Assembly (NCBI GenBank): GCA_040880105.1
Contig: JBBDJA010000007.1
Location: forward strand, 1-39,636
Length of the DNA stretch: 39,636 bases
DNA from: Waddliaceae bacterium
GTDB lineage: Bacteria > Chlamydiota > Chlamydiia > Chlamydiales > SLOH01
Direction: 5' to 3'
Of the stretch, positions 9,249 to 19,204 are shown in pieces. The notes below the pieces were generated by a model, which saw only the letters and a list, made by a program, of their open reading frames with translations, made no database searches and had not been told where the DNA came from. The position numbers and the translations under genes are program-made. The stretch's first letter is position 1, and each line of letters begins with the position of its first letter.

Positions 9249-10632
9249 CCCTATTCTTGAGCAGATTGCCGACTACACCCTATCGAACAGTCCCGCAAGC
9301 AAAGCGGCCTACCGTACAGCCGCCCTTTCTCTTGCTGATAGCTTAGGTTGCGCAATACTCTCTCTTCTATACCCGGAATGCACGCGATTACTTGGCCCCA
9401 TTGTTCCGGGGAGTATTGTTCCGAATGGATGCCGAATCCCTGGACGATCCGACATCCTCGACCCTGTAACCGGAGCCTTTACCCTAGGCACCATGATCCG
9501 CTGGCTTGACTTCAATGACACATGGCTTGCGGCAGAATGGGGACACCCCTCAGATAATATTGGAGGACTTTTTCCTCTTGCCGATTTTCTTTCCCGGCAA
9601 GGGAAGACATTGACCACAAAAGACTTGCTAACTGCAATCATTCAAGCGCATGAGATCCAAGGCGGGCTTGCAATGCAAAACAGCTATAATCGTATTGGAC
9701 TTGACCACGTCGCGCTTGTCAATGTCGCAACAGCTGCAGCTGCGACAAAACTTCTTGGAGGAGATAAAAAAGAGATCATCAGCGCAGTCTCAAATGCCTT
9801 TATAGACACCTCATCATTGCGCGTCTATCGCCATGCCCCTCTCACAGGCTCCCGAAAGTCTTGGGCTGCCGGCGATGCGACATCAAGAGGCGTTAAGCAT
9901 GCACTTATGGCAATGCAAGGAGAAATGGGATACCCCAACTGTCTTACGGCGCCAAAGTGGGGCCTTTACGATGTACTCTTTGATGGCAAACCCTTCACAC
10001 TGCAAATGCCGCTCGGTAGCTACGTGATTGAAAATGTCCTATTCAAAATCGCCTACCCCGCCGAATTTCACGCGCAAACTGCCATAGAAGCTGCCATACA
10101 TCTTCACCCTCAAGTCAAGGATCGGATCGAGTTAATCAAAAGAATCGACATATTCACACAAGAGCCGGCTATCCGTATCATTGACAAGTCAGGCCCTCTA
10201 TATAACCCCGCCGATCGTGACCATTGCCTCCAATATATCGTCGCCATCGGACTCATTTTCGGCGAGCTTGATGGAAGTCACTATAGTGACCCAGTCGCTA
10301 AGGATCTTCGCATCGACACCTTGCGTCAAAAAATGCACATATCGGAAAACCCAACCTATACCGCCGACTACTACAATCCGGACAAACGCTCAATTGCAAA
10401 TAGCGTGACTATTCATTTTGAAGATGAAACACTTGATCCCGTCGAAATCCACTACCCCCTTGGACATAAAAAGAGGCGCGAAGAAGGAGTCCCCAAACTC
10501 TTTGAAAAACTAGCAAACAACCTCACCACTCGCTTTACACAAGACAAGACAAAAGAGATTATTGCCCTCTTCCAAAATCAAGAGGAGCTTGAGTCCACAC
10601 CCCTTTGGAAGCTCTCCGAGCTCTTTCGTTAG
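9238..10632 (+). CDS. prpD: 2-methylcitrate dehydratase
   Basis: [56 protein letters not shown]. Confidence 0.95.
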   Translation: MSIDPILEQIADYTLSNSPASKAAYRTAALSLADSLGCAILSLLYPECTRLLGPIVPGSIVPNGCRIPGRSDILDPVTGAFTLGTMIRWLDFNDTWLAAEWGHPSDNIGGLFPLADFLSRQGKTLTTKDLLTAIIQAHEIQGGLAMQNSYNRIGLDHVALVNVATAAAATKLLGGDKKEIISAVSNAFIDTSSLRVYRHAPLTGSRKSWAAGDATSRGVKHALMAMQGEMGYPNCLTAPKWGLYDVLFDGKPFTLQMPLGSYVIENVLFKIAYPAEFHAQTAIEAAIHLHPQVKDRIELIKRIDIFTQEPAIRIIDKSGPLYNPADRDHCLQYIVAIGLIFGELDGSHYSDPVAKDLRIDTLRQKMHISENPTYTADYYNPDKRSIANSVTIHFEDETLDPVEIHYPLGHKKRREEGVPKLFEKLANNLTTRFTQDKTKEIIALFQNQEELESTPLWKLSELFR

Positions 10633-10739
10633 GCCGACACACAATGATCAGTATAAAGTAAACTTTACTTAAAACAACCTAAACTATTACAAAACAACAA
10701 CTTAAAAAAATACTGTGTATTTTATACCTTCTTCTTTTA

Positions 10740-10900
10740 GGGACCTTTGATTAACTCAGGTTGATTTAATTTTGCATGAATTTTTTCTAAAATTCGAAAA
10801 ATCAATGGAACTTAACTGTTTAACAGTTAATTGAGTGCGATTTTATCGAATTTTAGAAAAAAGGCACTAAATTTAATAATTTGAGTTAATCAGAGGTTCC
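10740..10900. mobile_element. MITE copy 3 (161 bp) with TTTA target duplication
   Basis: GGGACCTTTGATTAACTCA ... TGAGTTAATCAGAGGTTCC; TTTA at 10736-10739 and 10901-10904. Confidence 0.9.
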
Positions 10901-10943
10901 TTTAGGGTGAAATTAAAGGACTTAATTGAATGGGAGAATAGAA

Positions 10944-11363
10944 ATGGCTGCTGAGAATATTCACGCTAATGAATTAAAAGTCGTCTACGACTTCTTCAAA
11001 AAGTTTCCCAGTTGGTGCGGACCTTCCCCTGAGACACCAACCGTTGAAGAACTGGAGAAATTTTTCTCGAAAGAAGTTCAAATGTTTAACAATGGAAAGC
11101 TCATTGTTCAAGGCGGTAGCCACTATTTAGAACGGTTGAAAAACTTCCAAAAGATGTACTCCAGCTTTAAAATTTCCGACCCACTCGAAGAGCCATTAAT
11201 TCACGAGAATAGAGCCTCTATCTACTACACATTGGATTTAACGACGCACAATGGGGAGCACAAGCAGATCTATATTATGGCGTTATTTACAATTGAAAAT
11301 CACAAAATCCGCCGATGGGTCGAGGTGACGCATGAAAAAAATTCACAAAAGTGGGATTCATAA
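10944..11363 (+). CDS. SnoaL/NTF2-like domain protein
   Basis: LEKFFSKEVQM and IMALFTIENHKIRRWVEV pattern typical of the NTF2-like fold; RBS GGAG upstream of ATG 10944. Confidence 0.6.
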   Translation: MAAENIHANELKVVYDFFKKFPSWCGPSPETPTVEELEKFFSKEVQMFNNGKLIVQGGSHYLERLKNFQKMYSSFKISDPLEEPLIHENRASIYYTLDLTTHNGEHKQIYIMALFTIENHKIRRWVEVTHEKNSQKWDS

Positions 11364-11364
11364 A

Positions 11365-11913
11365 ATGTCGTATTTACAAAACGCTTTAGCAATGATGTTA
11401 ATAGGTGTCAGTTTAATCGGCTGTGATCTCTTAGGTCAGCCGGACAGCAGTAAAAAAGCCGCAACTCTTGCGAGAGCAGTTCTTTCGCCTACAGAGGGAA
11501 ATCAAGTAAAGGGTGAGGTGATTTTTTCCAAGATGAATAACGGCGTCAGAGTCATTGCAAAAGTCGAGGGGCTCACGCCCGGCCCGCATGGATTTCATAT
11601 TCATGAACATGGAGACTGCAGCGCACCTGACGGTACATCTGCCGGAGGACATTACAATCCCACTAATGAAAGCCATGGCTGCACGGATAATCAAAAGCGA
11701 CATGTTGGGGACCTAGGGAACATTTTTGCCGATGAAGCCGGCCGTGCGTATTACGAGCGCGTTGACCATGTGATCAGCCTAACAGGTAAACATGGAATTA
11801 TAGGAAAAGCCGTTATTATCCACGAGAAGGCCGATGACTGCAAAAGCGAGCCTACCGGTGATGCGGGGGGTCGTCTTGCATGCGGGGTAATCGAAGAGTT
11901 AAATAGAAACTAA
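11365..11913 (+). CDS. sodC: Cu/Zn superoxide dismutase, predicted lipoprotein
   Basis: GPHGFHIHEHGDC, GGHYNP, RHVGDLGNI, IIHEKADD, GDAGGRLACGVI; lipobox LIGC. Confidence 0.95.
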   Translation: MSYLQNALAMMLIGVSLIGCDLLGQPDSSKKAATLARAVLSPTEGNQVKGEVIFSKMNNGVRVIAKVEGLTPGPHGFHIHEHGDCSAPDGTSAGGHYNPTNESHGCTDNQKRHVGDLGNIFADEAGRAYYERVDHVISLTGKHGIIGKAVIIHEKADDCKSEPTGDAGGRLACGVIEELNRN

Positions 11914-12863
11914 TTCTTAGCCGCCTCAATGCCCTGCAGGCATTGAGAGAGATAACGCGCGGCGACCAGGTCGTATGGAAAGTCAATTGTTGAGGCACTT
12001 TGCTGAAGATAACACCAAAGAAGCCACCTAGTGTCAGATAAAATACGTAAAAGTTTCAAGCGGTCAAAGATCTCTTGCTTAGGAGTCTCATAATAGGCAG
12101 TTAAAAAAGTGAGAGTTTGACTCTCATCAAAGTTTTCAATCGATGCAAGCGTAGCAAGATCAAATAAAGGGTCAGCCATCGAGGCGCATTCCCAGTCGAT
12201 GATCCAAATATTCTTTCCATCATCCAATACATTTCTTGAGTGAAGATCCAGATGACAGGGACAAGATGCGGTTGTTTGTAGGCTATCTCCTAGATGTTCA
12301 ATGTAGGGTAAAATCTTGCTTTCGACCTCGGGAGGTAGTGAAATAGACCTCGTTTGTATTCTTCCATACAGCCCTTTAATGGTAAGGATAGGATCAAATG
12401 TTGACGGGAAAATGATTCCGGATTGATGTAAATCCCGTATACGATGGGCAAGATTCTTTAAACTCTCCCTCTCTTTTACGGAAAACTTGCCATTTGACTC
12501 AACAAAATCAAAAATCATCACACCCGCTTCTCTATCGGCAAGAACAACCGATGGGGAAAAGCCTTTTGATGCCGCTATTTGAGTACATAAAAGCTCCTGA
12601 TTCCTCATCCCTAAAAGTTCATAATCGGTTAAGGAGGTGTCTTTGATAAAGTACCGCTTGTTGCTTAAGTTCAGGATGTAGTTGTGATTTGTTGCCCCGC
12701 CGCCTATCGGCTTTAAAGAGGCAATATCCGGTCGATATCCGGGTATCTGCTTAATCACTCTTTCAATCGAAGAAACGTCAGCTAGTAGCGAGGGGTGAAT
12801 AGCTAAAGTAAATATAGTAAACGAGAGGATCCTAAATGCTACCTTAAGAAAAGAAGAGCTCAT
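11910..12863 (-). CDS. Choline/ethanolamine kinase-like (APH superfamily) phosphotransferase with N-terminal hydrophobic signal
   Basis: GGGATNHNY, CHLDLHSRNVL, IIDWE and DPLFDLA motifs. Confidence 0.8.
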   Translation of the reverse strand: MSSSFLKVAFRILSFTIFTLAIHPSLLADVSSIERVIKQIPGYRPDIASLKPIGGGATNHNYILNLSNKRYFIKDTSLTDYELLGMRNQELLCTQIAASKGFSPSVVLADREAGVMIFDFVESNGKFSVKERESLKNLAHRIRDLHQSGIIFPSTFDPILTIKGLYGRIQTRSISLPPEVESKILPYIEHLGDSLQTTASCPCHLDLHSRNVLDDGKNIWIIDWECASMADPLFDLATLASIENFDESQTLTFLTAYYETPKQEIFDRLKLLRILSDTRWLLWCYLQQSASTIDFPYDLVAARYLSQCLQGIEAAKN

Positions 12864-12968
12864 GAATACACTTTAGAATATAATATTTAATGTAACTCAA
12901 GAGAGATATAGAGTAAAAAAAAATCCTTTCGATCTCCCTTGCAAATTGTGGTTTTTTGTCATTCGATC

Positions 12969-12977
12969 TGTTATAAT
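12969..12977 (+). promoter_or_regulatory. Extended -10 element upstream of uup
   Basis: TGTTATAAT about 35 nt before ATG 13012. Confidence 0.35.
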
Positions 12978-13011
12978 TGTAATTTCGACACCTTAATTTA
13001 CGGAAATCACC

Positions 13012-14706
13012 ATGACATTAATCGGAGTTCACTCTATCTCCAAGTCTTTTGGAAGCCAAGAACTATTTGAAGAGATCTCATTTTCAATAGAAAAAGGAGA
13101 TCGCATCGGTTTGATTGGGCCCAACGGCGCAGGAAAGTCAAGCTTGCTCAAAATCTTAATGGATATGGAGTCTGCAAACGAAGGATCCATTTCCAAGCGC
13201 AAAGGACTTAAGATCGGTTACGCCGGGCAGCATCCCGAATTTAATGAAGAGCCCATTTTAGATGTGCTCGGGGGCTCGGTTGAGGCTCAGATCTTGTTAA
13301 CAAAAGTAGGTTTTACAGACCTTTATACAAATGCAAAAACGCTCTCCGGTGGCTGGAAAAAAAGGTTAGATATTGCAAGAGCACTACTCGATGAGCCGGA
13401 TCTACTCCTACTTGACGAGCCCACCAACCACTTGGATCTTGAGGGTATTTTATGGCTTGAGGGTTTTTTAAAAAGGCTACAAGTCAGCTACATTATTATT
13501 AGCCATGACAGATATTTTTTAGAAAATATTTGCAATAAGATCATCGAAATCAACAAGTGCTTTCCCGAAGGAATATTGATTGCCGATGGGACGATGAGCG
13601 AATATATGGAAAGAAAAGAGGCGTTCTTAGAGGCGCAAGAAAAAAAGGAGCGCGGCCTTGCCTCTACACTGCGCAATGAGGTCGCGTGGTTAAAAACCTC
13701 TCCCAAAGCAAGAACGACAAAGTCGCAGTCCAGAATCCAGAAGGCCTACAAACTCATCGATGAGCACGCATCTGTAAAAAAGCGAAATGAAAAGTATCGC
13801 GCAAAGATTGACTTTTCAAGCTCCGAGAGGGCAACAAGAAAACTCATTGTCGCAAATAACCTCTCAAAAACGCTTGGAGGCAAAAGGCTCTTTCACGGGA
13901 TCGATTTTACCCTCTCTCCCGGCACCCGAATGGGTATTGTTGGAAAAAACGGGACAGGAAAGACCACCTTACTCAAAATGCTAATGGGCGAGACAACGCC
14001 TGATATCGGAACGATTAAATACGCCGATGACTTAAAAATTGTCTATTTTGACCAACATCGCGACACCATTGACCCAAGTCTCACTCTTAGAAAGGCACTT
14101 TCAACTACAGACACCGTAAATTACCAAGGCAAAGAGATTCATGTTGTTGGCTGGGCCAAGCGGTTCCTCTTTTCAAGCGATCGACTAGAGCTACCCGTCA
14201 GATGCCTCTCCGGCGGTGAGCGCGCACGCATTTTAATCGCCAGACTGATGCTTCAGCCCGCAGACGTTCTTCTTTTAGATGAGCCGACAAACGATCTTGA
14301 CATTCCCACACTTGAGGTTATGGAAGAGAGCCTTAAAGAGTTTTCCGGAGCGCTGGTAATGATCTCCCACGATCGCTGCTTAATGGATCGCGTATGCACA
14401 AACATCTTGGGGATTAGACAAGATGGCACACACGCCTTTTGCGCTGAATACGCTAAGTGGAAAGATTCAGAAGAAGATCAAAACCAAGTCACTAAAGACA
14501 AAACTGCATCTAAAAAAAAGAAGCTCTCTTATAAAGAAAAAGAAGAGCTTGAAAAGATGAGCGAGGCAATCGAGAAGTTAGAAATCGAAATGCAGCAATT
14601 GCAACTCGAAGGAAAGTACACAGAACTTGCAGAGTCTGAAAAAAGACTTGAAAAGCTATTTCAGAGATGGGAAGAGCTGACTATAAAAGCTGAGCTGGAT
14701 TGTTAA
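13012..14706 (+). CDS. uup: ABC-F family ATPase (Uup-like)
   Basis: Two ABC domains (GPNGAGKS/LSGGW/LLLDEPTNHLD; GKNGTGKT/LSGGE/LLDEPTNDLD), KARTTKSQSRI linker, KKKLSYKEKEEL C-terminal coiled coil; no TM segments. Confidence 0.88.
   Translation: MTLIGVHSISKSFGSQELFEEISFSIEKGDRIGLIGPNGAGKSSLLKILMDMESANEGSISKRKGLKIGYAGQHPEFNEEPILDVLGGSVEAQILLTKVGFTDLYTNAKTLSGGWKKRLDIARALLDEPDLLLLDEPTNHLDLEGILWLEGFLKRLQVSYIIISHDRYFLENICNKIIEINKCFPEGILIADGTMSEYMERKEAFLEAQEKKERGLASTLRNEVAWLKTSPKARTTKSQSRIQKAYKLIDEHASVKKRNEKYRAKIDFSSSERATRKLIVANNLSKTLGGKRLFHGIDFTLSPGTRMGIVGKNGTGKTTLLKMLMGETTPDIGTIKYADDLKIVYFDQHRDTIDPSLTLRKALSTTDTVNYQGKEIHVVGWAKRFLFSSDRLELPVRCLSGGERARILIARLMLQPADVLLLDEPTNDLDIPTLEVMEESLKEFSGALVMISHDRCLMDRVCTNILGIRQDGTHAFCAEYAKWKDSEEDQNQVTKDKTASKKKKLSYKEKEELEKMSEAIEKLEIEMQQLQLEGKYTELAESEKRLEKLFQRWEELTIKAELDC
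14570..14706 (+). repeat. 137-bp direct repeat, copy A (3' end of uup)
   Basis: Matches 16984-17120 with 2 mismatches by manual alignment. Confidence 0.95.
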
Positions 14707-14870
14707 GGTACCTCTGAAAAACGTAAGGTTTTTAAATTTAGCGCCATTTTACTGAAATTCGATCAAAACTCGCTCACTTAACCATCAAATGGTTAACCTC
14801 GATTGCTTTTTAGAATTTGAACAAAAAATCATATAAAATTCAAAGAGACCATACTTATTCATAGGCTCGC
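14707..14870. mobile_element. MITE copy 4 (inverted orientation, degenerate right end), TTAA on both sides
   Basis: GGTACCTCTGAAAA directly after TTAA (uup stop); internal CTTAACCATCAAATGGTTAA hairpin; TTAA at 14871-14874. Confidence 0.8.
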
Positions 14871-14889
14871 TTAACTGGTTACTCTCGAC

Positions 14890-16689
14890 TTACAATGAAG
14901 ACCCGTAATACATCTTATAATGAACCGTGTTCATATCAAAACTGCCCTCTAAACAGGAATTTTGATGGAAATAATTAATTTTATCAATGACATCATCTAA
15001 GTCAATTTGCAGTTGCTTATAGAAATCCCAGGCTCGTATCCCTTTAAAAACCACTGATTTATTTTTCATATCTTCAAAGTCTTCTATAGAAAAATTCTTA
15101 AGTGCACGTTTGAGATATAAATAATCAACGGGAAAGGGCTCTGAAAATTCCTTGAAATCTTTCTTCTCTCTGTAACCGATCAACTCAACAAAAATTGTGA
15201 TAAAGGCCCTCTGTCCAAAATCGGAATTAAAGCCATAAGCCAAATCCGGATGTATGAAAAGTTCTCTTTTTTCACCTAATTGCATTCCAAGAACACCGTG
15301 GGCAAATCCAGGTATCACTTTTGAAAAGTCTAACCAAACTTCAGGTTCAAATGAAAAAGAACCGGCAATAGACTCTCCCCAAGCATCCTGAATAAGAAAA
15401 TGAAATGCACCATAGAAACATTTTTTAGATAGTGCTTTTCCATCACCTCTTTTCACTACTCGATAATATAACTTATCTTTCACAATCTCTTCTGCAGATC
15501 CTTTTGACAGGTAAGATTTAAGCAACCCGGGATTCAAAGAGTCAAAGTGAGAGTTATCATCTAGAATCTTCAAGTGATTCGCGTGAAGATAATAATCCGC
15601 ACCTTCTTCTTTTTGTGAAAGAATCAAACCGTTAATAAATAGTGTTTTACTTTCTGGATCCTTAAAATGAAATAATTTACAAAGATTTTCCGCAATGAGA
15701 GTTGGTAAATTCGCGCGAGCAATTAGCGAGGGTTTATCACTAATTTCATTAATTGAAATTTGAAATTTTTTTGAAACTTGAGAAAACAAATCACCTGCCT
15801 TTAATACTGCTTGAACTTTTGCTTGAACAGCTAAATAATCTCTTTCTAATTGAATGGATTCAAAATCATTTTCTATAGTGTTAAAGAAAATCGTGGGCTT
15901 AGCGACTTGAATTTCACTTACAGAGGTTCTCATTGATTTTGTTAAGTCATCAAGCTCTTCTCGCAAAGTGGCGTAATGCAAGCCCTGCTTTATATCTAAT
16001 TCTGCAAGAATATTTATCGTCTCTTCTTGGTCAGCGCCATAGCGATTGATTTTATAAAGAGGGTTTTTGGAATTTATTGTATAGAGTGGCTCTGTCAAAG
16101 TTCTTATTCTTTCAAAAGCAAGTGAGTTCTTTGTGCCATATCCAAGCAAAATCCCAAGAGGGCCGGTATGTCCCTTCATTATCTCGTCAAAATCAGAATG
16201 TAACACCTTATCTAAAAACGCTTCCGGTGTAACCTTAAAGCCGAATCTATCTTGAAACAATGATAGGTTCTCTTGAATGACCTTTAAGAACGCCTCTTTA
16301 TTGATCACAAGAAAATGATTGGCTGAATCTATTTTTTCCGGAACGACAATTAAATAATTTGAGCTACAATTCCCCGAACGATTATTTCTCCAAATTTCTA
16401 AACCGGCAATAAAGGTTGTTAACTGTTTATGTCTTGGCTCCCCTGGAACTGACAGGTGATGAAGATAACATATTGTCACTGGTTTATTACCATAAAGAGT
16501 ATAGCCACATTCAGTTTCGACTAAAAGTGTTCGGAAAAAATTTTCTAAAACAGATTTTTCACTTTCAATCTTGATATCCCTTTGATCTGCATTTAAGCAG
16601 TTTGAAGAAATTAGAAAAAAAGGGAGTGAAAATATTATCAAAAAAAAGTAAATATGATTTAGTTGTTTGGACACCACAAGAGACCACAT
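14890..16689 (-). CDS. Large exported/membrane-anchored protein with C-terminal FKBP-type peptidyl-prolyl isomerase domain (start uncertain)
   Basis: LYYRVVKRGDG and VIPGFAHGVLGMQLGEKRELFIHPDLAYG FKBP signature; N-terminal hydrophobic segment. Confidence 0.8.
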   Translation of the reverse strand: MWSLVVSKQLNHIYFFLIIFSLPFFLISSNCLNADQRDIKIESEKSVLENFFRTLLVETECGYTLYGNKPVTICYLHHLSVPGEPRHKQLTTFIAGLEIWRNNRSGNCSSNYLIVVPEKIDSANHFLVINKEAFLKVIQENLSLFQDRFGFKVTPEAFLDKVLHSDFDEIMKGHTGPLGILLGYGTKNSLAFERIRTLTEPLYTINSKNPLYKINRYGADQEETINILAELDIKQGLHYATLREELDDLTKSMRTSVSEIQVAKPTIFFNTIENDFESIQLERDYLAVQAKVQAVLKAGDLFSQVSKKFQISINEISDKPSLIARANLPTLIAENLCKLFHFKDPESKTLFINGLILSQKEEGADYYLHANHLKILDDNSHFDSLNPGLLKSYLSKGSAEEIVKDKLYYRVVKRGDGKALSKKCFYGAFHFLIQDAWGESIAGSFSFEPEVWLDFSKVIPGFAHGVLGMQLGEKRELFIHPDLAYGFNSDFGQRAFITIFVELIGYREKKDFKEFSEPFPVDYLYLKRALKNFSIEDFEDMKNKSVVFKGIRAWDFYKQLQIDLDDVIDKINYFHQNSCLEGSFDMNTVHYKMYYGSSL

Positions 16690-16983
16690 CCTACGCAAAT
16701 CGGACACCTTGTTGTATGCATTAAAAGTTGGACTTGAAATCAGCAAAATAAAACTTTTTTTTTCATTTTCTATTCCTGTTTTAAAATAAACAAAAAAAAC
16801 ATCGTACCAAACAAAGAAAAGATAAGTCAATAAGCCTAAATACAATCACAAAACAGGTAGAGGTAACAAATCTCTATTAATTAGATAGTTAGGATCAATC
16901 ACTCTAAATTTTTCCGCTTGTTTATGATGAACCGTACAACGCTTAAGTGACTCTATGAGAAAGGTCTTGAGTTGCTGTGAAAG

Positions 16984-17120
16984 TCGAGAAGTTAGAAATC
17001 GAAATGCAGCAATTGCAACTCGAAGGAAAGTACACAGAATTTGCAGAGTCTGAAAAAAGACTTGAAAAGCTATTTCAGAGGTGGGAAGAGCTGACTATAA
17101 AAGCTGAGCTGGATTGTTAA
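16984..17120 (+). repeat. 137-bp direct repeat, copy B; its last 26 bp encode the C-terminus and stop of E2 on the minus strand
   Basis: Sequence identity to 14570-14706. Confidence 0.95.
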
Positions 17121-18228
17121 CCAAAGAGGCAAATGTAGAGGAAGTCTTAGCTGCCAGGTCACCATCTATAATCCGATGGTCAAAACTCCACGATAGGTTC
17201 AGTGTCTCTTGAAGGATTAACTCATCATTTTTTACAACCGGCTGTTTTTGAATTTTATTTACCCCTAAGATTGCAGCCTCAGGGTTATTGATAATGGGCG
17301 TTGCCCACCTGCCACCCCCATGCCCTAGTACACCGAAATTAGTTAAAGTGATCGTTGCTCCTCGCATCTCATCAGGTGTGAGCTCACCTTTCAAAGCCCG
17401 CTGCTTTAAAGGTTCAAACGCACGCACAACCTCTTCTAAAGACATCTCCTGAACATTTTTAAGAACAGGCACAATAAGTCCCTCATTAGATGCCATCGCA
17501 ATTCCGATGTGGTGCGGCTTGTGAATGATGATTTTATCTTTACCAAAACTACTGTTAACCTTTGGATGCGCTTTTAAAGTCAATGAAAGGGCGCGAATAA
17601 GAAACGGAAGATAAGTAACTTTAATACCTTGCTTTAACCCCTCTTCCTTAAATTTATCGTGCAAGCGCACAAGTCGCGTCGCATCTACCTGTTCAAAAAA
17701 TGAAAAATGCGGAATCTCTCTCTTTGACTCTGCCATTTTTTTCGCCATTAGATGAGAAATGCCGATTAATGGCACCTCTTCATCAGAAGATGAATGGCCT
17801 GTGGTTAAGTCTTCAGGTGTGATTCTACCGTCTTTTCCGCTTCCTTGAATACTGGAGAGGTCGATGTTCATCTCTCGCGCAATTTTTCGCGTAGCGGGAG
17901 TGGCAAGCGGCTTTTGGCCCTCATGCGTTTCAATTTTCTTTTGGGGAATACTCTCTTTCTTAGGTTTTGCCCTCGCCCCTTTTACTTTCTCTTCCGTATC
18001 AATCTCATACAAAGGGGCGTGTACTTTGGCTATATCCCCTTGCTTGTAAAACATGTGCGTCAATATTCCGGCATAAGGTGAGGGCAATTCTACTGTAGCC
18101 TTATCTGTCATAACAGTTACGATCGGTTCATCTTTTCTCACTTCGTCACCGACATTTTTCAACCAATCGATGACCTGCCCTTCTGCAACCCCTTCGCCAA
18201 TATCCGGTAGATCAACTGAAACCTTCAT
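17095..18228 (-). CDS. bkdB: Branched-chain 2-oxoacid dehydrogenase E2 (dihydrolipoamide acyltransferase)
   Basis: Lipoyl motif VMTDKATVELPSP, E3-binding ATPATRKIARE..GSGKDGRIT, catalytic SFDHRIIDG. Confidence 0.88.
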   Translation of the reverse strand: MKVSVDLPDIGEGVAEGQVIDWLKNVGDEVRKDEPIVTVMTDKATVELPSPYAGILTHMFYKQGDIAKVHAPLYEIDTEEKVKGARAKPKKESIPQKKIETHEGQKPLATPATRKIAREMNIDLSSIQGSGKDGRITPEDLTTGHSSSDEEVPLIGISHLMAKKMAESKREIPHFSFFEQVDATRLVRLHDKFKEEGLKQGIKVTYLPFLIRALSLTLKAHPKVNSSFGKDKIIIHKPHHIGIAMASNEGLIVPVLKNVQEMSLEEVVRAFEPLKQRALKGELTPDEMRGATITLTNFGVLGHGGGRWATPIINNPEAAILGVNKIQKQPVVKNDELILQETLNLSWSFDHRIIDGDLAAKTSSTFASLVNNPAQLL

Positions 18229-18229
18229 T

Positions 18230-19204
18230 TTAATACTCCACTGTTTTAGAAACAGCTTTCATCACGCGCGCGTAGTCAGGAAGATACTCTTGCTCAAGCG
18301 TATGAGGAAACGGGGTATCAAGTCCGCAACAGCGATAAATGGGCGCTTCAAGAGAAAGAAAGCAATTCTCAACAATCTGAGCGGTCAGTTCAGCTCCAAA
18401 TCCACAAGTTTTAGGAGCCTCATGAGCAATCACGGCGCGCCCTGTTTTCCGGACAGACTCTTTGATCGCCTTGATATCTAGTGGGTTTAATGAACGCAAG
18501 TTAAGAACCTCAACAGATACCCCCTCCTCTTTCAAAGCGCTTGCTGCTTTAAGATTTTGCTGATGCTGAGCTCCCCACCCAATCAATGTGACATCATTCC
18601 CCTCCACTGCAATCTCAGCAAGACCGAGGGCAATTTGATACTCCTCTTCCGGAACCTCTTGCTTGAGAGTACGGTAGATACGCTTAGGTTCAAGAAATAA
18701 AACAGGATCCTGGCAATGAATAGAGGCTAGAAGTAACCCCTTAGCTTCATAAGGACAAGAAGGAACAACCACCCGGAGCCCGGGGGTATGTAGAAACTGC
18801 GCTTCCGGACTCTGCGAGTGGTAATGTCCCCCGTGAATCCCCCCTCCATAAGGGGTACGAATGATCACATTTGCTGTATACTGATTACCGGTCCGGTGGC
18901 GCATCTTGGCCATCTCGTTGACAATTTGATCATAGGCGGGAAAAATGTAGTCAGCAAACTGAATCTCGCAGATCGGTTTAAGCCCTCTTTGAGCCATTCC
19001 GATGGCAAACCCAACGATTCCCTGCTCAGATAAGGGAGTATCAAAAACGCGCTCTTCCCCATATTTTTTCTGCAGACCTTCCGTCACCCGAAAGACCCCT
19101 CCAAATGCGCCTGCATCCTCACCAAAACTTACCAGTCGATCATCTTTTGCAAACGCGTAATCAAGCGTATGATTGAGAGCCTGAATCATATTCATCTCAG
19201 CCAT
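18230..19204 (-). CDS. bkdA2: Branched-chain 2-oxoacid dehydrogenase E1 beta
   Basis: FGED..FGGVFRVT, EIQFADYIFPAYDQIVNE, GGHYHSQSPEA. Confidence 0.9.
   Translation of the reverse strand: MAEMNMIQALNHTLDYAFAKDDRLVSFGEDAGAFGGVFRVTEGLQKKYGEERVFDTPLSEQGIVGFAIGMAQRGLKPICEIQFADYIFPAYDQIVNEMAKMRHRTGNQYTANVIIRTPYGGGIHGGHYHSQSPEAQFLHTPGLRVVVPSCPYEAKGLLLASIHCQDPVLFLEPKRIYRTLKQEVPEEEYQIALGLAEIAVEGNDVTLIGWGAQHQQNLKAASALKEEGVSVEVLNLRSLNPLDIKAIKESVRKTGRAVIAHEAPKTCGFGAELTAQIVENCFLSLEAPIYRCCGLDTPFPHTLEQEYLPDYARVMKAVSKTVEY

Noticed and set aside
10656..10670. Perfect 7-1-7 inverted repeat AAGTAAA-C-TTTACTT upstream of the SnoaL-sodC genes
   Set aside because: AT-rich single occurrence with no match to an operator I can name
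16873..16898. Short similarity to the inverted MITE central hairpin (ATTAGATAGTTAGGATCAAT)
   Set aside because: Too short and AT-rich, with no arms or TIRs recognisable; needs an HMM search
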